A DNA stretch of 64,000 bases from Patescibacteria group bacterium (GCA_018971305.1 JAGXBC010000003.1:156325-220324); one strand, 5' to 3'; numbered from the stretch's first letter, positions 49,089 to 59,182 are shown. Made by a program: numbers and translations. Notes: generated from the sequence alone by a model not told the origin.

Positions 49089-50615
49089 TTATCTTTCCAT
49101 GAAGCGCGTTATCGCTTCTTTTAATTTTTGTTCCGTCGCTTCGGAAAAATCGCCGGTATCCCGAATCGGCTTTAAGATATCGCTTTCGTGGAGTTTCTCC
49201 AGATACTCCAAAAGTTCTCCCTCGGTTTTTTTAACGTCTTCTACGGCAACCTTCTCAAAATAATTATTAAGGACGGCGTAGAACACGCACACCTGTTTTT
49301 CAAAAGGTACCGGTGCCAGGTCTTCCTGTTTTAATATTTCATTTATTTTTTGCCCTTGAAGGATTTTTTTTCTGGTTCCCTCGTCGACATCCGTGGCAAA
49401 TTGAGCGAATGCTTGAAGTTCATGGAATTGCGCATGGGCAAGCCTCAATTTACCGGCCACTTTCTTCATAGCTTTTGTTTGCGCAGCGGATCCCACGCGC
49501 GATACGGAAATTCCCACGTTCAAAGCCGGGCGAAGGCCTTGGTAAAATAAATCGCTCTCCAAATAAATTTGCCCGTCCGTTATGGAAATTATGTTTGTTG
49601 GAATATAGGCAGTGACATCACCAAGCTGGGTTTCCACTATAGGAAGCGCTGTAAGCGACCCGCCGCCTTTTTCCTTGGAAAGCTTAGCGGCGCGTTCCAA
49701 AAGCCTGGAATGCAAGTAGAAGATATCTCCAGGGTACGCTTCGCGGCCAGGCGGTCTGCGCAATAAGAGCGAAATCTGCCGATAGGCCCAAGCGTGTTTG
49801 GAAAGGTCGTCATAAATAACGAGTGCGTCTTCACCCTTATCTCTGAAATATTCTCCGATAGCGCAGCCGGCGTAGGGCGCAAGATACCAAGAGGCCGCCG
49901 GTGATGAAGCTGACGCAGAAATAATAATACTGTATTTCAAGGCGTTGAATTTTTTGAGAGTTTCCGCAATCTTTACGATTTTTGATTCTTTTTGGCCGAT
50001 AGCGACATAAATACATATAGGCGGCTTATGGTTCTTGTCGTGCGATTGGTTAAGAATGGTATCCAGTACGAGAGCGGTTTTGCCCACCTGCCGGTCGCCG
50101 ATCACTAGTTCGCGCTGTCCGCGGCCGATAGGAATCATGGAATCAATGGCTTTGAGGCCGGTGTGAAGCGGCGTGTTCACCGATTCACGCTCCAAGACCG
50201 ACGGCGCTCGCGCTTCCATTGGATTGCGTTGGGGCTTGGTTCCTGCTTTAAAAATATCCCCCTTGCCGTCCTGAGGTTTTCCTAATGGGTCTATAACGCG
50301 GCCGATCAATTCTTCCCCTACTTCAATAGAAAGAACCTGGCCCGTCCTTTTAACGATATTACCGACCTCTATGGATAAAAAATCATCCAGAACTAAGGCG
50401 CCGATGGATTCTTCTTCAAGGTTCAGGGCAAGAGCGCTTCTTGGACCCTTGGGGGTTTCTATGGTCAAAATTTCCTGGCTTACAGCGCTGCGAAGACCAA
50501 GGATCTTTATAATGCCATCGCCGACTTCAAGAACGCGGCCAACTTCATCCCATTCGGCTTTCTCTTTATATCCCTCTATCTCGCGTTTTAATTTTTCTAT
50601 GATTTCGTATGACAC
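49089..50615 (-). CDS. atpA: ATP synthase alpha subunit
   Basis: GDRQVGKT, YDDLSK, PPGREAYPGD, SVSRVG. Confidence 0.98.
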   Translation of the reverse strand: MSYEIIEKLKREIEGYKEKAEWDEVGRVLEVGDGIIKILGLRSAVSQEILTIETPKGPRSALALNLEEESIGALVLDDFLSIEVGNIVKRTGQVLSIEVGEELIGRVIDPLGKPQDGKGDIFKAGTKPQRNPMEARAPSVLERESVNTPLHTGLKAIDSMIPIGRGQRELVIGDRQVGKTALVLDTILNQSHDKNHKPPICIYVAIGQKESKIVKIAETLKKFNALKYSIIISASASSPAASWYLAPYAGCAIGEYFRDKGEDALVIYDDLSKHAWAYRQISLLLRRPPGREAYPGDIFYLHSRLLERAAKLSKEKGGGSLTALPIVETQLGDVTAYIPTNIISITDGQIYLESDLFYQGLRPALNVGISVSRVGSAAQTKAMKKVAGKLRLAHAQFHELQAFAQFATDVDEGTRKKILQGQKINEILKQEDLAPVPFEKQVCVFYAVLNNYFEKVAVEDVKKTEGELLEYLEKLHESDILKPIRDTGDFSEATEQKLKEAITRFMER

Positions 50616-50619
50616 GGTT

Positions 50620-50997
50620 TTATATTGTAAAAACTGAATCTAATTTACCCTTAAGAGAGCCGTCGAAAATCTTCTCGTCGTTTATAAACACCCGGATTCC
50701 CGCAACCAGCTCCGGAACAATCTTTTCCTGCACAACGTCACCCTCTTTTATAAAACTGGCTGTTTCTTTTTTTTGTTTTGAAGTGAGCGTCCGCGCTGAT
50801 TCGATTATAACCTTGCGGATGCCTGCTTTACCACGGGCGAAACGGGCAGCTTCTTCAACTATCTTCTGTGCATGCACCTCGTCGCCGTTCTTCCGTAAAA
50901 GCGCAGAAAAATTTTTTACGATAACTTCTGCATCCACGCCCGGGGTTGTTATCACTTCTGCTAAAGCTTTCGCATAAATGTGAGCGGGATATTTCAT
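50620..50997 (-). CDS. atpH: ATP synthase delta subunit (short)
   Basis: YAKAL, SA..L, L.AG, DGS.KG.L; between atpF and atpA. Confidence 0.85.
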   Translation of the reverse strand: MKYPAHIYAKALAEVITTPGVDAEVIVKNFSALLRKNGDEVHAQKIVEEAARFARGKAGIRKVIIESARTLTSKQKKETASFIKEGDVVQEKIVPELVAGIRVFINDEKIFDGSLKGKLDSVFTI

Positions 50998-51497
50998 ACG
51001 ATATGTTTCATTTCTTTTACCGATTTTTCTATCAGAGCATCGTCGATTTTTTCGGGCGATAACTCAACCGTCCGCACAATCGCCCTCTTAATAAGCAATG
51101 CTGCCTCTTTTTCTATCGCCAAATGGGCAGCTTGTTCCCTGGCGTGGAGAATTGCCTCTAAATTTTTAAACTCTTCGGCACCCTTGCGTTTTGCCTCTGC
51201 AAACATTTCCGCCTCCAGTTTCCTCGCGTCAACTTCTGTTTTTTTAAGGATGTTCAGGGCTTGAGATTCGGCATCCTTAATTTTACCTTTGCCGATGATA
51301 TCTACTTCGGCAAGACGCTTATCAGCTTCGTCCGCTTTCATCAGGCCTTCTTCAATCCTCGCACGCCTATCATGCAAAAGCTTTAACAGCGGCTTATAGA
51401 TAAAGACGCGCAGAACGACGAGTAGTATGAAAAAATTGACCGCCTGGCTCAAAAGCAGGTGCCAATCAATTCCTAACTGGTCAAAAAGCTGTTGCAT
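50994..51497 (-). CDS. atpF: ATP synthase b subunit
   Basis: GIDW....Q.VNF, YKP....L..R...I..GL..A. Confidence 0.92.
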   Translation of the reverse strand: MQQLFDQLGIDWHLLLSQAVNFFILLVVLRVFIYKPLLKLLHDRRARIEEGLMKADEADKRLAEVDIIGKGKIKDAESQALNILKKTEVDARKLEAEMFAEAKRKGAEEFKNLEAILHAREQAAHLAIEKEAALLIKRAIVRTVELSPEKIDDALIEKSVKEMKHIV

Positions 51498-51506
51498 GAA
51501 ACTTTC

Positions 51507-51758
<252 letters not shown>

Positions 51759-51782
51759 TTATGCGACCTTTCTCGTTTTAAT

Positions 51783-52523
51783 TTAATGTTCATCTCCGTG
51801 AGTAACAACCGCCATAGCCACGAAAACCAGGGTTAACATTCCGAAAATGAATGCCTGAATAAATCCAACGAATATCTCCAGGAACATAAACGGTAGTGGC
51901 ACTAGGTATGGTACTAAAAAGGCCATGATGGCCAATAATACTTCGCCCGCGAATACATTCCCAAAGAGACGGAAGGAGAACGAAATAATTTTAGCAAATT
52001 CTGAGATAAGTTCAAGGATGCCCACAAAAAAATCTATCGGGCCTTTAAAATTAAAGAATACCGAGAGGCGGGATTTCAACCCGACTGCCGCAATCCCGAA
52101 TATATTCACGAACGTGACTACGATAAGCGCAAGAGCCAAAGTAAAGTTAAGGTCGCTCGCAGGAGAACGCAAAAGCGGCACCACTTCTCCGCCGACCCCT
52201 TTAACAACGATAGAACCGACTCCGGGCAGAAGTCCCAGCCAGTTGGAACAAAGCACGAAAAGGAAAACTGTAAAGACCAAGGGGAGATATTTCTCCGAAC
52301 TTTTACGGTTGCCGAGAACTGAATCCATGAGCGTAAGTGCGCCGCCGACGACGAGTTCCATAATATTCTGTCCGGCGTTTGGGACAAACGCGAGTTTGCT
52401 ACGCAAGGTTATCGCGAGAACAGCAAGAAGCACCAAGGCAACTCCGGACAAAAGCACGGCATTTGTGACCGGAAAGCTACCGATATGAAAAATTTGTTCA
52501 GCGCGAAGTGAGATTTGAAGCAT
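51783..52523 (-). CDS. atpB: ATP synthase a subunit
   Basis: NWLGLLPG, SFRLFGNVFAGE, IQAFIF..L. Confidence 0.96.
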   Translation of the reverse strand: MLQISLRAEQIFHIGSFPVTNAVLLSGVALVLLAVLAITLRSKLAFVPNAGQNIMELVVGGALTLMDSVLGNRKSSEKYLPLVFTVFLFVLCSNWLGLLPGVGSIVVKGVGGEVVPLLRSPASDLNFTLALALIVVTFVNIFGIAAVGLKSRLSVFFNFKGPIDFFVGILELISEFAKIISFSFRLFGNVFAGEVLLAIMAFLVPYLVPLPFMFLEIFVGFIQAFIFGMLTLVFVAMAVVTHGDEH

Positions 52524-52552
52524 TTTAAATAAAGTTCATTAAAAAAATAGTC

Positions 52553-52981
52553 TTAAACGATCGCCGCCAAATTACCGTTCAAACAAATCGGGTCCATAGC
52601 TTCTATCTCATCCATATAAGGAAGCCCCGCAGGCATTCCGTTAAGGAAAAATATCTTTTTGTGGTTCACGTAGGCCTGTCCCATTTCCATAAGAACGTTG
52701 CCGCCGATATAATTTTTTACCCCGTTTTTGTCCAAGTTAACGCAAATCACGGCATCGCTCGCCAAGATATTGGCGTAATGCTCCCGTAAATAATTATTCT
52801 CGCGCTTGATGGCGGCCCGCTCTCCCCTGCGCCATTTTTCTACGATGTCTTGTTTTTCACCGCGTACGAACGCTTCATAGTCCGGATGAATCCAGCCGTC
52901 ATATCCAAAGCTGCATAATTTATTTTTGCAATCAACCATTTCTTTATAAAAATGGCTGCTGCCGAGAACGTAAATCTTCAT
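52553..52981 (-). CDS. Nucleoside 2-deoxyribosyltransferase-like protein
   Basis: IY..GS, I..SDA...N..K....YIG.N...EMG.A. Confidence 0.7.
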   Translation of the reverse strand: MKIYVLGSSHFYKEMVDCKNKLCSFGYDGWIHPDYEAFVRGEKQDIVEKWRRGERAAIKRENNYLREHYANILASDAVICVNLDKNGVKNYIGGNVLMEMGQAYVNHKKIFFLNGMPAGLPYMDEIEAMDPICLNGNLAAIV

Positions 52982-53052
52982 GAATTATATTTTAAAGTAT
53001 TTCCCGACAAATAAAAAGGACCATTAAATGGTCCCAATAATTTTCTAAATCT

Positions 53053-53393
53053 TTACGCGCCGACCGTATTAAGTTCGTGACAGGCTTTTCCGCCATCGGC
53101 CGGAACATATTTTTTGCCGCAGGGACATTCTTTTGGAATCAAGCCGCAAACCTCGGCTACGTGTTCCACCCAATCAGTCCAAGCAGCCCCTACCATATCC
53201 CAATAACTGTCGCTTTTCCAGCCGCAGGAACATTCTATCCGATCGCTTATTCCTTTTCCATATCTTTCCCAATATGCTCAGGCGCCGCAGCATGTTTCAC
53301 AACGTTAAACGCCTCATTATATTTTTCGGCATTGGAGAAAAGACCTCCTTTTTTAAGAGCCTCTCTGGCCATTCGAAAAACATTCTTGTACAT
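53053..53393 (-). pseudogene. Frameshifted phage-like Cys/His (zinc-finger-like) gene in a standalone SD-led unit; not in ORF track
   Basis: TTGCAA-18-TAATAT, GGAGG, ATG at 53393 gives 48 aa. A second frame from about 53277 reads AYWERYGKG...CSCGW...WVEH...CPCG...CH to TAA at 53053. GGACCAT/ATGGTCC terminator. Confidence 0.6.
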
Positions 53394-53461
53394 TGGCCAA
53401 CCTCCACTCTATTTTTATTAACTAAAACGATATTAGCATATCTAATTCGCTGGTTGCAAGA

Positions 53462-53905
53462 TTATCTTCTTTTCCGCAAAAATTCGCTGACCAATTTACG
53501 CCCGACGGGATTTATCGTATTCGGCGGTTCGCCGGATAAATATTGTTCAATGGTAAACCATTTCCATCCGGAAAATTTTTCCGGTTCCATAAGCTTCGGC
53601 TCCCGCTCAGTTGTGCAAAAAAATATCGGTACGACGTAGCCCTCTTTCGCTCCCGGAATTTCTCCGATAAAATCCTCTATTCTAAAATCGGTCACGCCAA
53701 TCTCTTCTTTAACCTCCCGCCTTAATGTTTCTTCTATTGTCTCGCCGGCATCGCACCTGCCGCCCGGTGTTGTCCAAACAGAAATATCTTTCCATTTTTC
53801 CTTCGTGTAATTTCTTAATCCGAGCAAAATATTGTTGCCCTTAACAATTATCGCCGACGGGCAAATTGAAGTATTCCCGATTTTTGCAAGTTGGTCTTTT
53901 AACAT
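53462..53905 (-). CDS. NUDIX hydrolase
   Basis: PGG.....ET.EE...RE..EE.G Nudix box, EPEK...W.W. Confidence 0.92.
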   Translation of the reverse strand: MLKDQLAKIGNTSICPSAIIVKGNNILLGLRNYTKEKWKDISVWTTPGGRCDAGETIEETLRREVKEEIGVTDFRIEDFIGEIPGAKEGYVVPIFFCTTEREPKLMEPEKFSGWKWFTIEQYLSGEPPNTINPVGRKLVSEFLRKRR

Positions 53906-53931
53906 TTACCTGATTCTTTATAACCTACTTC

Positions 53932-54576
53932 CTATTGAGTCGGTTCAAAAGCTGTAAGGCCGTGAACCAGATTATCCACTTCTTCCCATCCTATACGGGA
54001 ATCGTAATTATATCTGGCAGGAAGTGCTAAAACATATTTTGAGTTTTGCCCAAGAACCGAAGGAGGGATAGGCGCGGCACTCACCGCCAGTTTTTCCTGG
54101 AACACAAGATTCCACTCATCCGGAGTAAACACCATAATCGGCATATCTTCGCGCGGAGTGGAATCCGTCCAATCTGGATGCCGAAGTATAATCAACGGAC
54201 CGTGGGTTGTAGGAGTATTATCTCCTGCGCCATCCGTCGACCATCCATCCCAATTTTTCTCTAAAATAGAATAGCCTTTCCAGGAATCGGCAAGCGGAAT
54301 GGAAAATCCATACTGGCTGTTAACATATTGCACGTTTGAATCTTTAACACAGGTGCCACCGACATCTCCAAAAGGCAAATGCGAACCTGGTTCCGGAGCG
54401 CAGTGAAAGCCGCTCGCGCAAACAGGAGCAGTCGTCATGTTGCCGCCGCAACGCTCTCCCTCACCTGCAACATGCGCGAAGGTATTCGTGTTCGCATTCT
54501 TATTTACGAAAATCATATATCCCCCGATGAACACAACAACCGCAACCGATATAACAATTTGTATTTTTTTATTCAT
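53932..54576 (-). CDS. Membrane-anchored secreted protein with 4-Cys mini-domain
   Basis: N-terminal TM segment, CGG..C..G..C..C motif, Y.N..YGFS..L.D.W domain. Confidence 0.75.
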   Translation of the reverse strand: MNKKIQIVISVAVVVFIGGYMIFVNKNANTNTFAHVAGEGERCGGNMTTAPVCASGFHCAPEPGSHLPFGDVGGTCVKDSNVQYVNSQYGFSIPLADSWKGYSILEKNWDGWSTDGAGDNTPTTHGPLIILRHPDWTDSTPREDMPIMVFTPDEWNLVFQEKLAVSAAPIPPSVLGQNSKYVLALPARYNYDSRIGWEEVDNLVHGLTAFEPTQ

Positions 54577-54622
54577 GTTTCATCATGATAACACGGATTA
54601 AAACTAATTTCAGCACCTTTTC

Positions 54623-55675
54623 CTAATTTTTGATAGTAAAATCCAACTGCTTTCCAGGGATACCTTTGGATTTACCGTATTCGATGGCATCTTTCCAGGT
54701 AGTCTTATCGGAATACCTAATATTGAAATTTTTATCTTTAAAAACAACAATCACTTCATCTTTGCCTGGCTGCCAAAAATGCATGTACCATGGGCCATCG
54801 TTCAGGTATTCCCCCAGTTTTTCTATTTGTTTTTCATTTACCGATACGTCGTTAAGAAACCAATCTTCCATCATATACTTCTTTATAATTTTTAATTTAT
54901 CCAGGATAGCTTTGTCGTTCAAACTGTTCTCAATAATAGTTCCTTGGTAAGAGGCCTCGCCGTTTTCCGGCAACGACAGCGTGCAGAGATCATATCTTTT
55001 CTGGAGCATTTCTACGGTCTCATGAAGTTTGTCGTACTTATCCTTCATATCCTCCGAAAACTCTACGATCTTGTTGATGTTCTCATTTTCCTTCAACCCT
55101 TCCAAAATTTTATCCGTTGCCATTTCTTGTGCCTTATCTCTCGGCAAATTGCGAACCATCTCTTGCAGCTCTTTCTTTTTTTGGTCAAGTAATGTCTTTA
55201 TGTCATCGCACTTCTGCGAATCGTTTTTATCTGTATTCTTATTTTTGTTTTTTAGTTTTAGTCCCAGCCCTCCGGCAACCAAGGCCACGAACGCGACAAT
55301 TCCGGCAATAAGAAAATTTGAATTTCCGGATGCCTGCGTGTTTGTGAGCAGGCCAGGCATAGCCGTTACGCTTGTCGTTGATTCAACTGTGTCAGTGGAG
55401 GACTGCAAAGAAGTTGGGCGGGGAGGAGTGGATGAAACGGAGCGTGGTAAGACCTGTACCGGAGCAGCAATACCCGTAGCCGTAGTATTCTGTGGCAGTT
55501 GAGCGGTCGGATTAACTGAGGAGCTCACACCGGCTGGAGCTGGCGCGCTTGAAAGCATGCTACTTGTAGCTTCTGCTGGTAAACCGGTACTTGTTTGTGC
55601 CTGCGCCAAAAGAACTGGGGCGATTACAAAAGTTGCGACGGATAAGCAAATAGTTTGGTATGGTCTATATTTCAC
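54623..55675 (-). CDS. Signal peptide, Ser/Thr-rich stalk, TM segment, coiled coil and C-terminal globular domain
   Basis: Probable GTG start at 55675 (overlaps the upstream stop); TM FLIAGIVAFVALVAGGLGL; C-terminal GTIIENSL...WYMHFW...GIP..QLDF. Confidence 0.7.
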   Translation of the reverse strand: MKYRPYQTICLSVATFVIAPVLLAQAQTSTGLPAEATSSMLSSAPAPAGVSSSVNPTAQLPQNTTATGIAAPVQVLPRSVSSTPPRPTSLQSSTDTVESTTSVTAMPGLLTNTQASGNSNFLIAGIVAFVALVAGGLGLKLKNKNKNTDKNDSQKCDDIKTLLDQKKKELQEMVRNLPRDKAQEMATDKILEGLKENENINKIVEFSEDMKDKYDKLHETVEMLQKRYDLCTLSLPENGEASYQGTIIENSLNDKAILDKLKIIKKYMMEDWFLNDVSVNEKQIEKLGEYLNDGPWYMHFWQPGKDEVIVVFKDKNFNIRYSDKTTWKDAIEYGKSKGIPGKQLDFTIKN

Positions 55676-56195
55676 TATAATCAATTCGTGGATACTGAAC
55701 TTTATACTCACAGACCTTTACGCCATCAACCCCTGGTGGATTATTGATAGGAACTAAAACAAATCCATCTTTATCAAAATCAAAAGGCCTGATGCCTTCA
55801 CCGATAGCCGCCGGAACTTCGTGTAAAATAATATTCTTTACGAAACCGTTCTTTAATAAATAATTATTAAGCGTTGGGCCGCTGGACACGAGCGCATCCG
55901 GCTCCAGTGCAAATGCTTCTTCTGGGGAATGTACAACGATATAATCTTTCTTCGGATGGAAATCCCTATCGCCGCTTACTACTATCTTTTTAATTGGCAA
56001 TTTTCCGAACGAACCCAACAATTCTTTGCTATACGCCTGAATAGTATCATATGTTTTCCTGCCGACTATTAATGTTCCGTGCTCCCGGCAGATATCAAGA
56101 AAATTCTGCCACAGATTATCTGGGATAAAATCTTCCCCACCATTTTTTCTGGCGATAAATCCGTCAGATGAAATTACGTTATATAGAGTTAGCAT
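55665..56195 (-). CDS. Dihydrofolate reductase/RibD C-terminal family protein
   Basis: S.DGFIA, GRKTY, GP.L, P..IG.G...F. Confidence 0.85.
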   Translation of the reverse strand: MLTLYNVISSDGFIARKNGGEDFIPDNLWQNFLDICREHGTLIVGRKTYDTIQAYSKELLGSFGKLPIKKIVVSGDRDFHPKKDYIVVHSPEEAFALEPDALVSSGPTLNNYLLKNGFVKNIILHEVPAAIGEGIRPFDFDKDGFVLVPINNPPGVDGVKVCEYKVQYPRIDYSEI

Positions 56196-56206
56196 TTCTC
56201 GGATCT

Positions 56207-57031
56207 CTACGGCTGCAAAACACCCTCCGTTTTGCCGTTTATGGAAATTACAACGTTCTGGACAGCGGAAAACTGCTTCAGAGTATTCTCTATCTCATTT
56301 CTGATAGCCGTAACACGGCAGGAGCCGGCGACGGATTGCTGGAGTGCTTGGTTAAAATCAACTTTCGCCGTGCCATTAGCAATCGTTAAGCTCTGAATTT
56401 TTACGCCGGGATTAATACTGGTTAAATATCCCAAATTATCTTCTTCTGCCGTCGGACCACTCAATAATTCCTCAAGCGCGGCTCGCGCCGGCGCCTGAGT
56501 TTTTGGAATCATCCTGTAAGCCGGATACATAACATCACACTCGCTCCCCTGTTCGGCGTACTTGCTGCCGAAAAATACTTTAACTACTTGCGAATCGCTG
56601 GAAGTCGCGGCGAAGCTAATTGGAACTATCACAAAATTTTCGTTCTCCGGCAAACCAGAGGGATTATCTTTGGCGAGTATTATCGTGCCATTCGCGGAAT
56701 CGGGCTGAGCAAAACCAACCACTGCCTCAAACGGAACCGTGCCAGTAGTCATCCAGGCGCCGATAGCCGTCGCGGGCGACGCCCCCAAAACCGTTCCATC
56801 TTGGTCAACTATTTTTACCGGGAACGACCCTTCAAAAAACCAGCTGCCTTTCGCCTGCCCCTTAACGATAATCGGCGAAGAAATAGTATCTTTGGCCTGA
56901 GGCGAGAAAATCTTGGCATCTTCCCCTGTTGGCAACTGGGAAATGATTGGCCTCTTAGGCACCGGCACGAACAAAAGTATTACAAGGAGAACAAAGATTA
57001 CCACCGCAAGAATTATAGCTACTTTTTTCAT
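56207..57031 (-). CDS. Ig-like (Gmad2) plus GerMN domain protein
   Basis: V.G.A.G.WFFEGSFPV, WMT, DNPSG; AALE.LL.GP, A.VDF, GSC....R..I..TL.QF..V..V.I.ING. Confidence 0.85.
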   Translation of the reverse strand: MKKVAIILAVVIFVLLVILLFVPVPKRPIISQLPTGEDAKIFSPQAKDTISSPIIVKGQAKGSWFFEGSFPVKIVDQDGTVLGASPATAIGAWMTTGTVPFEAVVGFAQPDSANGTIILAKDNPSGLPENENFVIVPISFAATSSDSQVVKVFFGSKYAEQGSECDVMYPAYRMIPKTQAPARAALEELLSGPTAEEDNLGYLTSINPGVKIQSLTIANGTAKVDFNQALQQSVAGSCRVTAIRNEIENTLKQFSAVQNVVISINGKTEGVLQP

Positions 57032-57042
57032 AAATAATTTTG

Positions 57043-57312
57043 CTATTTTAGCAGGACACCATCTTTTTTAAGTATCTCTATCTTGCGCCGCGCTCCGCGG
57101 TTATAGCCGCCAGCCATTCCATCTGAACGAATCACCCTATGACAGGGAATTTTTGGATCATGATTTTTCTTCAAAATATTCCCGACCGCGCGATAAGCCA
57201 AACGATTGCCAGCCCGGCGCGCGATTTCTTTATACGTTGAAACCTGGCCGCGGGGAATTTTTGCGACAACGGCTAGAACCCTACGTTGAAAATTTGCGCT
57301 TTTGCCCTTCAT
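57043..57312 (-). CDS. Methylated-DNA--protein-cysteine methyltransferase, C-terminal domain only
   Basis: IP.G.V.TY..IA, RAVG, PCHRV active site. Start set at MKGKSA. Confidence 0.9.
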   Translation of the reverse strand: MKGKSANFQRRVLAVVAKIPRGQVSTYKEIARRAGNRLAYRAVGNILKKNHDPKIPCHRVIRSDGMAGGYNRGARRKIEILKKDGVLLK

Positions 57313-57438
57313 GCTTATCGGAGATTTTTGTTTTTGATATTTGTAAATACTTGCGATAGCGGAAAGTTGCCTACGTCCGATATGCCGGGGAATCTTGACG
57401 ACCGCCAACCTTCGCATAGTTCTTCATTTTTCACCACC

Positions 57439-57666
57439 TCAAGAACTGAAGGCCTTATCAAGCAAACCCTTTCTTTTACTAACGAAAAAAATATAAACGA
57501 TTTCCAAAACGGCCGCGGTGTTTAATATCAGCATCACTATAAACCACCATTTGTCCCGCAAACGCGCCGCTTTCCACAAAGCTACTCCCTTCCAGGGCAG
57601 GGTCCAGGCTATCATTAGAAATATGAACCAATTATTTTGTACCAAGGGTAGAAATGATTGAAACAT
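57439..57666 (-). CDS. Small membrane protein (DUF5652-like)
   Basis: W.LPWKG.ALW.AA...K.WF....LNT...LEI.Y. Confidence 0.85.
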   Translation of the reverse strand: MFQSFLPLVQNNWFIFLMIAWTLPWKGVALWKAARLRDKWWFIVMLILNTAAVLEIVYIFFVSKRKGLLDKAFSS

Positions 57667-57752
57667 TTTTATGGATAAATTTCGGCGACCTTTAACCTAA
57701 GATTCTGTTATGTAAATTATAGTTCCGCGCTTTCCTGCGGGCAAACTTGATT

Positions 57753-58649
57753 TTACCCCGAGACACACTGATTAAAAGCCGAAACCTCAGTGTTATATTG
57801 AGAAATCATCTGCTTGGTCTGAGCAACTAAATCGTTATACTGTGCGACAAGTGCGTTGTACTCGTCCACCGTGGCGTTGTAAGCCCGCCTGTCGCTTTTA
57901 TCCATCGTGTCCAATTGAGATTTAAGAATGGAAATTTGTGATTCCATGGATGTAAGCTGGCTTTCGCTGGCGGTTATTCTATCTTTAAGCGGCGAATCAA
58001 TCGCTGGGCAGGCCGAAACCGGTTTACCGAAAATCTGGACGGCTATCCAAGTTGATTCGCCTTCGTAAACCCCTTTGCGTACGGCCACGCCGATTTCACG
58101 ATAATTGACGTTCAAAATATTGGCGCGATGTCCGGGACTATTCATCCAGGCAATCACAACTTTTTCATCTCCGCCAAAATTTCCGAGCGCAAGATTCTCT
58201 CCGAGTTCAAGATAATCATAGCCCACGCTCGCCGCTACTGTTGTTACGCTATCGCCGCTCGGAGACACGTGCGCGAAATATTGTTTTTGGAACATATCGG
58301 CGAGGCGTTCTTCGGCAATCGTATCCAGTTGGGAATTTTCCGCAAGCGCGGGAAGCGCGCCGTTCTCCTGCCTTTGAATATTCGTCCAACTTATGACACC
58401 AGCAACAGTAAGAGAGTCAGAGGCGGACGTTTTTGCCGGAGAAACTGATGGCTCCGAAGAAGTCGGGGCTCTTAATGGTTCCGGTGTTGCTACCGTTTTT
58501 TTAATATTCTCAACCGCTGCCTTTATCGCAACTTGCTCGATATTGCCAAGCTTCGGGGAGAAATATTCGCTTATCGTTCCGCGAAAAATAAAAGCGCCGA
58601 CTAAAGCCGCTAAAATCGTTGAATAGAATATAAGCCTGGGCTTGTTCAT
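57753..58649 (-). CDS. CAP/SCP domain protein with C-terminal coiled coil
   Basis: TN..R, DM....YF.H, GENLA.G, AWMNSPGHRANIL. Confidence 0.92.
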   Translation of the reverse strand: MNKPRLIFYSTILAALVGAFIFRGTISEYFSPKLGNIEQVAIKAAVENIKKTVATPEPLRAPTSSEPSVSPAKTSASDSLTVAGVISWTNIQRQENGALPALAENSQLDTIAEERLADMFQKQYFAHVSPSGDSVTTVAASVGYDYLELGENLALGNFGGDEKVVIAWMNSPGHRANILNVNYREIGVAVRKGVYEGESTWIAVQIFGKPVSACPAIDSPLKDRITASESQLTSMESQISILKSQLDTMDKSDRRAYNATVDEYNALVAQYNDLVAQTKQMISQYNTEVSAFNQCVSG

Positions 58650-58762
58650 CTATTGAATTATAACAATTATGAAAACTTAACCTTGCGCGCATAGATTGAC
58701 AAATTTGTTCGGAATTGCAAGTATGGTTGCAGAGTTATTTATCAAAAATCAAGGAGTTAAAT

Positions 58763-59053
58763 ATGCCATTGGAACGACATGGTGGCGTTACCTTAGGGAC
58801 ACACATCTCCTTCCATAATCGTGGTAATTATTGGAATCGTAAAGAACATAAAACAAACGAGTACGACGTAGTCGAGAAGCATAATTGTAGAAATATCCTT
58901 GGATACATCTACTGGTTTGCTCGTTGGCAAAAATACGTTTTTGAACCAAATTCTCGTACCGTCTACGAAGAAACATGTATGCGGGAAATAAGCCTGTTCA
59001 TTGAAGAAGAAACCAAAGCTCATAAAACGGCATCAAAGAACAAGCGGCAGTGA
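58763..59053 (+). CDS. Phage-like small protein (standalone SD-led unit)
   Basis: TTGACA at 58696, AAGGAG SD, KT..Y.V...ILG.I.W..RW..Y.F.P...TV....C...I..FI pattern; AAGCGGC..GCCGCTT with T-run. Confidence 0.75.
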   Translation: MPLERHGGVTLGTHISFHNRGNYWNRKEHKTNEYDVVEKHNCRNILGYIYWFARWQKYVFEPNSRTVYEETCMREISLFIEEETKAHKTASKNKRQ

Positions 59054-59147
59054 TCTGGCGGCGCGATAATATCAAGCCGCTTTTTTGTTTGTTAAAATAT
59101 TCGACCATTTATTTTATTGGCTTAAAATGATCGTCCATTCTATATAT

Positions 59148-59182
59148 AAAAAAGCAAAGCCCCTGCCGTTTCCGGAGGGACT
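59148..59182 (-). terminator. Intrinsic terminator
   Basis: CCCT-CCG-GAAA-CGG-C-AGGG followed by CTTTGCTTTTTT on the minus strand. Confidence 0.7.

Noticed and set aside
53270-53300. TGA readthrough or genetic code 25 to explain the split gene
   Set aside because: The same frame has TAA stops just upstream, and TGA ends normal genes such as murG.
57313-57438. Extended MGMT N-terminus or a small ORF upstream of it
   Set aside because: The extension has no MGMT-like features and the alternative short ORFs lack signals.
57690-57718. dif/Xer-like site (TTTAACCTAA-GATTCTG-TTATGTAAAT)
   Set aside because: The spacer is 7 nt rather than 6, the arms are imperfect, it overlaps a gene leader and it is far from the orientation switch.
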